A stretch of DNA of 61,858 nucleotides, counting the filler, from Sphacelaria rigidula (taxonomy: Eukaryota), in assembly GCA_964200075.2 (NCBI GenBank). It is 7 parts of 7 records of this genome, joined end to end, with 100 filler letters (N's around TTAATTAATTAA, not from the genome) between each part and the next. Parts side by side here need not be neighbours in the genome. Positions count along the whole stretch, not along the records: positions 35,409 to 44,158 come from CAXNAA020010193.1; positions 44,259 to 53,008 come from CAXNAA020010194.1; 5 more parts are not named here. The stretch is one strand, 5' to 3'. Positions 36,232 through 48,600 of this stretch are shown in pieces. The notes beneath the pieces were generated by a model, which saw only the letters and a program-made list of their open reading frames with translations, was not told where the DNA came from and made no database searches. How positions within the stretch are numbered: the stretch's first letter is position 1; each line of letters opens with the position of its first letter. The position numbers and the translations under genes were made by a program.

Positions 36232-37152
36232 AGATGCCGTGTTTATTGTTCTGATTTGTATACCTCCACTAGGGTTCCGAGCTTCATGTGTAGCGTGTTT
36301 CAACAGCTCAAAGTCCCGTAGGTGTCTCGTGTGTTGTGGTATGCTGTAGTGATGCAGCGTCACTGCTGCAGAGAGGTCATCACCACCCCACTAACACCAG
36401 TGCCGGTTCTTTCGAGCATATAAGTAAGCGACCATGCCCCCCTCGTTGCTGCTCAAGTTGAATCCGTCGGCGGAATGGGTCATCAAGAGGATGAGCAACA
36501 TGGAGTAAAGGGTCACCCCCAACGTAGCAGAAGCATGCTTGTCTCAGGCGGTGCCGGGGTACCATGCTGCCGTGAACGTCAAGGACAGCGGCGTGACGTA
36601 CAGCGAGCCAGGGAAGTTGGCGGCAGCGATGAGAAACTACGAGTCGTTCGCGGCTGGGGCCTTCCTCCAGTGGCTGAATGACGCAAACTTCACGAACCCT
36701 CCTTCTTGGCTGAACCTGGACATAATGGGCTGAACTGAAACGACCGTGCAAGTGTCCGAAGCGGTCGTCACCGTAAATCACCAGCGCTTTTCTCCCCGAT
36801 GGTCTATGCCGCCATGATTTCATGAATGAGCTAACTAGTATGAGGTAAAGCGGGCGAGGATCAAGGATCCACACAGCACTGGGAAATGACAAATATAATT
36901 CATACCTTGATCATGATCAGGGGAGCATGTTTTGGGGGGGCCTTCTCCGACCCCGCAGTCGACTTGGTCCCTATCCTATATCTCGTAGTTGGGTTCCTGC
37001 ATCTGCCAGCAGTAAAGTGGGAACGGAGCATTTGTAGGGGAAAACTCTTGGTTGTTCGGATCCAAACATTTAGAGCAGCATAGTATACCTGAGATCCTGT
37101 TTTGCACAGAGGTGGATTTTCGAGCACTGCATGCAGGGATAGAGTCGGGGGT

Positions 37153-40100
37153 ATGTCGTGTATCACGTGGGCTGGGTCTGCTTCTGCTGCTTCTGCGGCG
37201 CCTAGGGTTGAGGCGGTCTTACCCACAGTCACCATCCAACAGCAGAAACAGCAGCAACAGCAGCAGCAGCGGCGCATCACCAAAAGAGCCCGTGCCGCTC
37301 CTCAGCTGGCAGACACTGTGCGAGAGGTGGTATCTGCGTTTGAATTTGAATATGCACAAACTCGGGCCGAATCCGTCATGCTCAAGAACATTTTGTCAGA
37401 CCGGCGCACCCAACTATCCGACCTGCGGAGGCATCTAGAGAAGGAATCCAGCGAAAATGGCACTCTGGAAGCCATGGTTGATGCGCGACACCACAAGAAC
37501 GATAAGGGAGACGCGCGTCTCGTGCGTTTAGAGCGTGAGTTCGCCCTGGTCCTCAAGGATGATGAAACTATAGCCTCCAGGGGAGTCGCCTTCGAGTTCA
37601 ACCTGGGTGCGGCTCGGGAGACGACGAAAAAAGCCAGGGAGATGACTGGCGTGGGTGAGTCGATACTGGACCAGGTGAAGGTCGCCTTAGATGAGAGGGA
37701 AAGAGGGGTCGCTCTGAACGAGGAAGAGGTTGAGCGTCTTCGGCAGGAGGTTAGTAAGGAAATACAGTCCGTTCAAGAAAGGCAATGCCTGTTGAGAAGC
37801 AAGCAGGAGAAGGCCTCGGCGACTAGGTCGGTGGCGGAGGAAGCGACGGCGGAGCTGGGGTTGCTGACCGGTGATACAGACCATTTTCGGGAGGAGGTTG
37901 AGGGGAGGGAGTCTGAATATAGCAAAGCCGCGCTTCATCTTGAGGCCACCAAAAGAAAGGCGTCCGAGGTGAAAAAAATCCTGGGATCTGTTACTTGTCT
38001 CGCAGCTTCCATGCTCTCGTTTGTTCATGATGTGTCTTGTGCCGTCTCGGAAAAGACAACTGGGATGAATGTTGTGGGCCTCGAGACTTCGGGAGGGTCG
38101 CGAATCCGAGGAGGAATGTATTTTTTTAATAGCGGAGAAATTTGAAAAATACTCCGGAGTAATAACTATGAAAGTTGTCTGGAGGTGTTACTATCCGTTT
38201 TGCTCCAAAAAACAGGGGCTCTAGCGCAATGAATAGGTTAAACTTCAAAAGAATGGATCGGTACAACTGTTCAGGTAAACGATCTGAATTGCTTCACCTC
38301 GCTTTCCATCGTAGTAAGGCAGTTTCTGCTTTTTTCTCCTTCGTCAACAATCGAAAGTGCCAGAAGAGTCGGTAGATGTTGGGAGTAAATACTCCGTTCA
38401 TCAGGGGGTGTTAATGATCATGAGAGGTGCAAAGCACGCAGTTGTTCGGCTCTCGTGCAGTGAAAAGATGAAAATTAAGAGACAAGTTGTGTTTATTTGT
38501 TTACGGGAACGAACAGGGTTGATTATATAAAACAAAATGCCTAAGAGTTAGAACCTGGGGCTGTGTAGTCGCACGCCTATGAGGACCAGTCAGCCCGTTC
38601 GTCGTTCAAAATTGACAGCAAAAACGATTTTATTTTCGGAATGTGGAGCAGATACTCATACATCCCGATACCCAAAGCTTTAGGCACAAACATTCACTGT
38701 GATGAGCGGTGGCAAGCGAGAAAAAAAAAAGAAATTGCCACGTACGAAATACTGCAAAAGTCGCTCGGCACAAACGCTGACTACTGTACCCATCACACAG
38801 CATCTTGTCACAGCTTCCAAATAAATGCAGCAACCGAATAGCGATATAGCTGTGACGATTGTCATTTCACCGATACCTCTCACCAACAACAGCTGCGTTG
38901 TAGATTTACCTACCGGTAACTAACTGTAGCCCCTACTTACGCCAAATGATGTGCCCCTGCCCGACCCTTCCACGTGTCCTCCCGTTATCTCGAACTATGC
39001 CTCGACTCTGTTCCGCTCCAACACGTTTCCAGCACCAGCAAATGATGACTGAGAAGAGAGCGACCCGCGCGCTGGATGCTCGCATGACAGAAAGCCGAGT
39101 GGTTGAGCTGAGGCAGCAGGTATGGTTAATGTTCAACAGTATGTCGAAAATTGTGTACGAGCCCACCATCAGGGAGCATATCGTCTTCTACCATCACTCC
39201 TCTTGCGTCATTCTGGAACAGCGCTTCTGCTGTACTGCGTTCCTTCGGCGAGATAATCATGTCTCAGAGGAGGTGGTTTAGAGCCTCACCCCCCTTCCCT
39301 TGGTGCGGGATGTCCATTCCAGGTGGCAGGACAAGAGAAGGCGAAGACCGACCTGCAGGAGCGCATCCAACTTACCCAGCAGGCCGTTGCCTCCAAAGCA
39401 GCGGAACACGCCAAAACACGGGCTGAGATTGCTACTCTCAAAGCAAGTCGAAAGGTAAGGTGTGCACACATGTCATCTCTCCACGGTAAAACATAGCAAT
39501 GGGCGCAATGGTCGATTCCTGCGCGCCCTGTCTTTGCTGCCTTTGACGAGCCGCCCAACTGACAGATGGCGCTATACCTGTAGCTCACCCTCACGGTCTC
39601 CGGGTGCTATGAAATGTAGTACACCCTCAAGGTTGGCAGGTGCTGTAGAGTTGAGACCAATACGATTATTCAGATCGCCCTGCAGGGTATAGGTGAACAA
39701 TAGTGTTAATTTCAGCGAGTGTTTCAGTTTTTTTTTGGTCTCGGGTACGTCTATCATGTGACCACGGCTGGATCCCTGCGGGGTCAGTTAAAGTGCGACA
39801 ATCAATCATTCGATCAGTGTTGCGGGTGTAGATGATAATCTTAAACACACTCGTTCTTTCAGCTCATAGGCACTTGGTTCAACGCAGTAACTTCTTGGCA
39901 TCTCAATGACATCCAAGGTTACCAGAATTTGAGTGGCCCCCCGTTTGCGCCGTGGCATACGTAAATATGTGCTTGTATCAACGTGCAAATCTGTTACGGT
40001 TTGCACACGTGTTCGCCATGTATTGCGCTTTGATTCTCGAGAATCGTTTTGCGTGCGCAAATTAGTTGTACGCTCTTGCTGAGATTCGCTGGACTGTGTG

Positions 40101-43100
40101 AGCATCCATCACTACGCCTCAATACCCGCAGGATCGTCTTGTGTATTCTAATCAGTTAAATACCTCATTGTTGGCGTTCGCTCGATCGATCGTACAAACG
40201 CTCGTCATCTTCACTATTTCATACTGCAGAGGCAAATACTCGAACAGTCTCCGTTCCGCTTCGAATCGAAAGATCACTCACACCAAGCACAACTCCGACG
40301 ACCGCAGTCCCCCTGGTTTTTAAACAGTTTACGCGGTGAACGCTTTCCTCCGTCTTCCCTTGTCCTGGTGAGCATTGCCATGTGTTCTGTCGTATCGAAA
40401 GCACGCGTATCGCCGAACCAGTCAAGAACACGCCGTGACAACTTATCCATGAGTTGTCTGCAAAGTGCATACTTTTATTCCCGCGGTCGTCAGCGCCTCT
40501 TGCTCCCCGCTACCCTTGACATCCCCCTACTCTCACCCTCGTACTCCTACCAGGAGATAGTGGAAGCCGAAAAGCTTCAGCTCTCGGGTCAACTGGAATC
40601 CCTCGACACTGATATTACGCGTGCGGGAGGGGCGGTGGAAGACGCTTCCAACCGAATGCAGCAAGCCAACACAGACTTTAGCAATCTGATGGCTGCTATG
40701 TCCGCCGCCTTCCGTGAATACGACCATGTGAGAGAGACGGGTACACGGTACGATTGTGAAGATTAATCACGTGTCCCTATTGCTGCCCCACACCGTACTT
40801 GGACAAGAGCAAGTGATCTTGCGCGGTGGGCGCACGTATCGAGGGCAAAATTTTAGTCTGGGGATGCTGCAGGGACACTTCATGCCCAAGAGGGAAATAC
40901 AGGAGATGGAAATCGAACTTCCTCACTGTGGGCAAGCGATCCCGTGCCTGTGCGAGGGATGCAAAGAACGCACCGAGCAGGATAATCCTTGGGAAGAAAT
41001 ATTATAACCCCACGTGTATCAAAGACCTTTTACTTTGTAACTAACAAGGACGCGCGCAATGCTGGAGCCTGACGTGGCCACACAACACACTAATCCCACC
41101 ACTACGCACCACCATTTTTTTATGCTTCAGGTTGTGACCACCAACCGCGAGCTAGAGCGAGGAGCAACCGAAGCGGAAAGCGCCTTGGCTTCTCTTCGCG
41201 AAGCAACCCAACGCGAACTGACGGACCTCCGCGAGACTCACGATCGGCAAGTGACGTTGAATGCCGAGGAGCAAGCAGCTGTCGACGCTCACGTCAAGCG
41301 CAAGGCCGAACTCGATGGGGCGCTTGTTGCTGCTCGGGCCTCTTTGGCGGATCTAACGATGGAAGCTGAGTCGACACAGAAAAAGGCAGTGGAAGGGGAA
41401 AAGCGCGTGCGAGAGGTGGGGGAGGCGATGCGGGCAGAGGTAGAGAGGCGTGAAAAAGCGATGGGGGAGGCAAAGGCGGCGGAAGCTGAGGCGAGGAAGA
41501 CCGTGGATGCCGCTCGCGCTCATGTCGACCAGGCGCAGGTGTACCAGTTATTCTTCGTCCTGCGGTGTGCATTTCGGTAAAGCTATCGTGCTTATGCTGG
41601 CTAGTACAGTATATTGTAGTCAGGATATCGGAGAGAGAGACAGCGGGTATGTGGAAGGACCCTCCTACGCCCACCAGGCTTCATCCCGTGAATCTATGGC
41701 ATGACGGGATGTTGGTGAATGGAAAGTATGAAAAGGTGTGGTGGCGATCTTGTCGAAGCTCATTATCCACAATCTCACGATGTCCCCTGAACCATCTCTC
41801 CGTATGTTTATGCGGCAGCACCAAGTAAGCTGAAACACCAACAGCAAATCTACTATCTCTTCTTACCAAGGGAAAACATTCCAAGGGTCGGACAAATAAT
41901 GATTCGTCTGAAAAATACTTGGTTCTAGTATGATTGATTCGACTCGTACGAATCAATCCCTAGGTTTTGTTTTCAGCGTTGCAACCCAGGTACACTCAGC
42001 CCAGACACGTGGAATGGTGCAAAAGTTGCGTAGATANNNNNNNNNNGCCGAAGAAATCGTGGATTTGGTGATTCTTAGTCGTGATGATTCGTCCTAACCG
42101 TGAAACATTCGGCCGCACATCGTGTTGACCATGTCTAGGTGCAATTGATGGATCTCGACAGGGACACGGCACAATGGAACCCGTCGCTCGTAGAACTTTC
42201 GGAGAGTGACCTCCGCCGCGTGGAAGAAGAAGCCAGACTCTCGGTGCAGAGTATGCGCAAGAGCGACGACGAGGCACACGCACTGAGACTCCAGAGTTTG
42301 AAGGACACCCTGACTACAATCAGAGAAGGGGGAGCGACGAGACTGCAGGCTGAAAAAGATGCTGCTGCGGTGAGTAACACAATATGGATTTCAGCGTATT
42401 TTACTTCCATACATGAAATATTTTCTCGCAGTGGCTGATCCGCTGCGAATCCAGCAGTGATTTCAAGATTGAGTAACCGAAGTGACACTAGACCACTAGC
42501 GAGTGGGAGGACGAACCGAAGGGGGAGACAGTAGTGAGTAAGAAACAAGAGAGGAAACAACACAGATGAAGATGTTGGAGATGTTGGACGAACAGCGGCC
42601 CAGAAAACCCCGTCGACGGTTTCAAATATGAGTCTCTACGAAGAACAAAGCTGTGCAAGTAGGTTGTGACAAATTAGTTGTGCTGACAGGTCTTAATCGT
42701 CATATTTTTATGGCCCACGCATGTCTACCTGTGGGGAAATTTCCACTTTTAGCTCAGATGACATGCCAAGTCATGAGGGCAGAGGGAGGGCGAAAAACAT
42801 TTCTGGAGACGGATGTTAACACCGCGAGGAACATTAATCTCGTAGTATGTGATCCTATCCATCACCAAGAGCGATGTTGTGGTCGCTGCACGTGAGGTGA
42901 TATTAATGAATATAATTCCTTTCGAAGGACATACTCTATTGGTTGTAGTTGGTTGTGGCACCGACGTGACCTGGACGCTGTGCAATGACTCATCATACTC
43001 GTGTTTCGCTTCGGTTCTGACGATCCTGACGTCTTGCTTGTGTCATCCATGCCAGGCTCGATTGTCTACGCTACAGACTGAGGTGCGGGATGTCTCTCGC

Positions 43101-43191
43101 TCGATAACAAACCTGCGGACCCGAGCTGAGAACGCTGAGGGTATGGAAAAGAGCATCAACCGAAAAAGGTCGCATAGAGCTGCAGAAATCC
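37153..43191 (+). CDS. Long coiled-coil protein of unknown function, 3'-partial (7 exons)
   Basis: Exons 37153-37968, 39033(or 39039)-39119, 39323-39454, 40554-40727, 41131-41538, 42139-42369 and 43056-43191 all have GT-AG junctions and in-frame joins. E/A/R/K/L-rich heptad-like sequence throughout, with N-terminal polyQ. The start codon is the least certain part. Confidence 0.82.
41882..42102 (-). mobile_element. hAT/P-like MITE with 8-bp TSD (family D), intronic; contains a 10-N gap
   Basis: CAAGGGTCGGACAAATAATGA ... TGATGATTCGTCCTAACCGTG imperfect TIRs; TSD AAACATTC at 41874-41881 and 42103-42110; reverse complement of 59451-59707. Confidence 0.85.
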
Positions 43192-43517
43192 GTGAGTGTG
43201 TGTATCTAAGCACCCGATCGAGAAGTCGTCGAAGTAAGGCGCACAAAATGTTCAAAAAATCATTCACACACCGGTGACCCTCTCTTCAGGTGCACACTCA
43301 GACGTTCCCTGCCTCCCTTCAGATTGAAGGCGTGCTCGACGCCAATTGTTACGCCCGTGAATGGGGCCCGATTTTGGGCACTATATGCAGGGAAAATGGA
43401 CCGATCAACTACACAGCCAGTTGAATCCAGAAGAAATGAAACCTACATGAGCCAATCAGTATCAATCACAAGTACATGCGTCACTCGAAATGACGACGGC
43501 GCTCATACAAAATGTAC

Positions 43518-44097
43518 AAGGGTAGGTCGAGTAGAGTATGTACTTTTGAGTACTCGAGTAAAATACTCGAGTATTTACTCTACTCGACGTTTGAGTAGGC
43601 CGAGTACGGCCTCCGATACTCTGCTCATATTTTGAGTAGGTCGAGTACGGCATCCAATACTCTACTCAAATTTTGAGTAGATCGAGTACGACCTCAAATA
43701 CTCGACTCAAATATTCAGGAAGCACTCTCACTAATACTTGAGTGAAGAGTATCACTTGAGTATGACCTCAAATACTTACTCAAATTTTTATTAGGTCGGA
43801 TACGGCCTGAAATACTCTACTCAAATTTTGAGTAGGTCGAGTATGGTCTCGAATACTCTACTCAAATTTTGAGTAGATCGAGTGCGACCTTATATACTGG
43901 ACTCAAAGTTTGAGTAGATCGAGTACGGCCTCAAATACTCTACTCAAATTTTGAGTAGGTCGAGTATGGTCTCAAATACCCTACTCAAATTTTGAGTAGA
44001 TCGAGTACAACCTCAAATACCCTACTCAAATTTTGAGTAAGCGCTCTCAGTAATACTTGAGTATTGAGTACCCCTTGGGTATGGTAAGTATCCCTGA
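43518..44097. repeat. Tandem array of ~39-40-bp palindromic units, probably the body of a non-autonomous DNA transposon
   Basis: About 11 units of TACTCTACTCAAATTTTGAGTAG(G/A)TCGAGTA(C/T)G(G/A)(C/T)CTCAAA with the palindromic core TACTCAAA(T)TTTGAGTA; the array ends in ..TATCCCTG. Confidence 0.88.
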
Positions 44098-44464
44098 CAG
44101 TCGGCGACTTCGTGACGTCACTTCACAGACTATGCTGACTACATGGGCGAACGATGGCNNNNNNNNNNNNNNNNNNNNNNNNNNNNNNNNNNNNNNNNNN
44201 NNTTAATTAATTAANNNNNNNNNNNNNNNNNNNNNNNNNNNNNNNNNNNNNNNNNNNNTACGATATGCGGATCACGGCCCAACTCGTCTGTGTCGTTGAG
44301 ATATCGCTTTGAGAGCTTAAATCCGTTTTTAGACCCAGCTCGTAAGTGAGCTTTGAAAATCTGTCGAGGGGATGTGGCATCTCAAGCGATCTACAATAGT
44401 GAGTGAGTGTGTCAGTATGCCAGTGTACTGCTCGGTCTTGTACACTGCGACCATTCCAAAACAG

Positions 44465-44603
44465 CCGTATCGTATCGAATATCAATACTCGATACGTATA
44501 GTGTCATTTTCGGAATATCGACAAAATATCGGTATCGGCCGTTGTGGTTCGATACTCTAAGAATATCTATCGAACTTTATTCTCGGTCCGATATGCAACC
44601 CTG
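44465..44603. mobile_element. hAT-like MITE right end rich in ATCG/CGAT motifs
   Basis: Multiple TATCG/CGATA motifs ending CCGATATGCAACCCTG; the terminus CAGGGTTGCA resembles TAGGGTTGCA at 30717. Confidence 0.5.
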
Positions 44604-45604
44604 TTGCATATATATTTCAAGTGAAGATGGTGCCGATTCAACATTTATTTCAAGTTGAAATGATGCCAATCCAACAACAATAGCTCACCGTGCCGGTGAA
44701 AGGGTCAAGTTTGCATGCAGTCAGTAAGTACCCTGATCCTAAACCGAAATGCCCAGGGAAAGCTACTAGTATTACAAGGGCACTCACTGTTGTGGCAACC
44801 GGCAGCAACGAAGGCGTGGGTGAGCGTTTTCTGCGCGGGACCAGGAGACTCATGCCGCCCTCGTATCCCTCCACGACACCTGACTGGACATATCCTGTGC
44901 TCCCGTCACCCTTCGAGAAAGTCGTCGAAAATAAATTTTAAAAATCTGACGCACCAGCTGGGTGGCCTCATACCGCCATGTTGCCCTCGCTGCACGCGTC
45001 AGGAGGGCTCGAAGTACTCATTATTGTCTGTACCGTACCGTCGGTATTGTCCAGGGCTACGATATGACCACTATGTCCAATTCAAGTAGTTAGCTTCCCG
45101 GTAGATAGTTCGGTCAGACTTGCTCCGATCGGACTGCATACCACCCCTACCTCTTCTCTCCAGATGTCGTAGCACCGTAGGTGAATCTCATCCACATTGC
45201 CGCGCTGAGATGTGGACGCAAGTTACAGTCCTTCATGTCTTTCGAAGACACTCAAATCGAGGTGCTTCAGTGTTAGAGGTTGGTTGCATCACATGCTGCA
45301 CACTCTTCTTCTGCCTTCTTTCAAATTTGTGAGGATCCATTTTTATTTTATTTTATATATTTTATATATTTTATATTATTTTATTTCTCCAGGTTTCCAA
45401 GCTGTTGGCGTGTTTATTTTTTTCTTACCGTGCGAATTTGCAGTGAAACTGTCAATCCACGACCAAATAGCACCACAGACATAAAATTTACATGGCAACC
45501 CAAAACAAGTAACCTGCAGCCAGCTGCTGCTGCTGCTGCGAAGGTGCAGCAGCACCAAAGACTCTCTAACACTCTACGTAGTCTAGATAAGTCAGGTGGA
45601 TGCC

Positions 45605-48600
45605 ATGGATACTGAAAAATCGACAACTCCACCGCCGCCGCCGCAGCAGCAACCAGAGTCGGTGAGCGCACATATCTCAACTGCACAACAGAGCCAATCC
45701 AGAACCATGTTGCGACAACGACAGCTCGCGCCACCTTCCCCAGCCAGCGCCATGGGCAAAGGTGCACGAGACACGACACCATCATCATCTCCCGCTGAAG
45801 ATATTATGCCCGCCTCGTCTCCGGCATGGGAGTCTGGTCTGATGAGTGAACACAGTATCCGGCAGCAACAACAACACGATCAGAAAATATCTACTGCTGT
45901 GCCTGTTGCCCCGAACACAGCTCCAGCTGGTACTACGACAACCGCCAGAAGCGACAGCATCTTCATCGACTCAACATCACACTCTCTCCCGAACAAAATG
46001 GGAACATCACCATTGTCAATCACTGGTGATGAACAAAGTATTGTCACCCTCGCGAATTTACAATCATCGGAATGGGTTATCTCCGCACCCCCGCAGGCGG
46101 CTGTAGCAACGCCGTCGCCGCCGCCGTCTGCTGGGGCCAGCAACGAAGATGATCAAATTTCGGCTGCGGTGTCGCCCAGCAGCGCCGCCGCTGCGCAACA
46201 GCAGCCAGCGCCGCAACTGCCGCGCCGAGCATTTTTCCCATCAAGTTCCGATTCCGCTGAAGAAGCCCCTGTATCTGCAATGAGGGAGGAGGAGCCTTGC
46301 TGTAACTCTCGCACGACACCTTGGCGGGATTCAGGCGAGGAGGATGATGACCCGTCGATAGCAAGATCCGCAGGTTCGGGGATCTTTGAGTTGGAAATTG
46401 CTTCGCCAGATGTCGAGTATGGGACTACCCCGCAGACTGTAGTGACGGGTGATGTTCTGCAAGCTCCGCGGAATAAAGAAAATGTGTGGGCTGAGAGCAA
46501 TCATAGTGGTACTGGTGCTTCGATCTCAACTTCTAGATCTGCGACATCGGCGCTCCGGGGACCTTGGGGGAGGCTTCAAGAGGTGAGAGTTATGCTTTTT
46601 GCTCGGTACTGAGGTCCATGTGGGCGGTAGAAGAAACAGTCGCGATTTTATTTCAACTTTTTTACCACGGGAGTTAATCTTCAGATTTCCTGTGAAATAT
46701 TGTGCCGTTCAAACCAACGATGGAAGTCCTTCGTGGCAATGCAAACAGAACGGTGTACATTTTTTATACTGCGTATGTAATGTTGCGATTACGGATGGAA
46801 ATCCCCGTTATAAAAAAATGTTGTGCATACTTGGGCGTTAATCATCACGAAAAGTCGACGTGGCGACGAAAATCTGGTGGAGTCTATGCGTTCCTTGATG
46901 ACTGGATTTGCATAGATGTACGTTGAGGCTAGCTGATAAGATGTGGTCTGCAGCAGAGTTGACAGATTTGGCGGCATTCAGGAATAACATAGAGCCCTGC
47001 CGAGAACAAAGATGGATACCAATAGACTAAAATTTTGTGTATAAACTGGTGTTGAAGTTGGGTGTGGCAAAGGTCTGTGTGTGACTCAAATATTTCCAAG
47101 TAGGTACCTTATGTCAGCTTCTGAGGCCAGCGGGTGTTGGAGACAAAACGTCATCAAGCTTTCGACACAGCTGACGACTGTTTGAGGGGATCACGAAGCG
47201 TAGATGTGCTCAATTTACCTGACATGCCTTTGGTGCTCAGATTGCTTGCGGTCAACACGTGGCATCGAGGTTACGTTCGACGAATTTGCAACGCCAGTCC
47301 AAATTTGCCATTGCACTGCTCCTCGGTCTCAAACCTTCGGTGCGTCTTTGTATAGTTATAGCCCCGTCTCGTATAGCACAGAACATTATTCAAAAGCTAC
47401 ATGAGCACCACGTACCATTGATGACCCTCCTCCCCTCTCAGGTGATCGATGAAATAAAGGTTTTCACTCCCCAACGCGACGACGCCGGCAGAGGCACCAT
47501 CCCAACCACTATATCTGCCCCAACCACTTCCAGTCAGGAGAGCCACTTTCTCCACCCGACAGCATCACCTCCAGTACCTCCTACTGTCGAAGAAAGCAAG
47601 GTTTTTTCCACCGTCACTGCCCACCCTAATGTTACGGATACCCCCGAAGGCATACATCCAGCACAAGAGCAGCGAGCCCCCTATCTCTCGAAGTTTATAT
47701 CGCCATCTCCTTCTCCCATCCCCTTGGTAGAACGCACGAGGGAGCCCCCTCGAGCTACCAGGCAAACGGACAGTCAACCTACAGATGCCTCATTCACGAC
47801 AGGAGCGCCCGTCAAGGACAAACAGTTGGAGGATTACCCTCCACCGCCGCCTCTTCAACATCAATCCGAAGCCAAAATTCGATTACCGGTTTCGGCGAAG
47901 AAGCAACAACAAACGATCTCGAGCCCGAGTCCATTGGTTGAAGATGAAGCGATTGAATGTTCTCCTGTCGTGCTAGCTAGCTCAGCGACAGAAAAGGAGC
48001 AAGGTGATGCAGCATCTCTGAAATGGCGGGCTACTCCTGAACAGACTTCACCCGAGCAACGCACTGGCGTGTCACAACAACATACCACCTGTCCGGTCGA
48101 TTCATCAAGTGCTGTACAGGTCAAGAACCAACAGCAGCGCCAGCGGGGAAGTGAAGATGTATCACCCGAACCACAACCGCAGGAGTTACCTCCGGGGGCA
48201 TTGCTGGCACCCGAATCGAGGGAGGCGACATTCGCGTGGGTTGCAGCACTTGAACCCAGTGCTGCCCATGAAAAGGGCAACAGCGAAAAGGATGCCGCGA
48301 GCAGTGAATCCGGAAGTGGATTTGACATTGGGTGGGGTAGGGGGTGGGGGATAAGGGGTGATTCCATGGAAGCAGACAACACAGAGGAGTTACTGGGCAC
48401 GGGCTGGGACCCTCGACGGGGGGTCGGAGAGCGCTTAATGAAGGCAGCTGAGGTGACAATACTGCTGACTGAGGGGTGTATATACTCATGATGATCGCAT
48501 TCGAGATTTTCGCTTTTGAAGTGTCGTGGCTCACGGCCAACGTGCGTTTGAGGCTACTGATGGAAAATAGAATGTTCATAATCTCATTTTCAAGGTGCCC

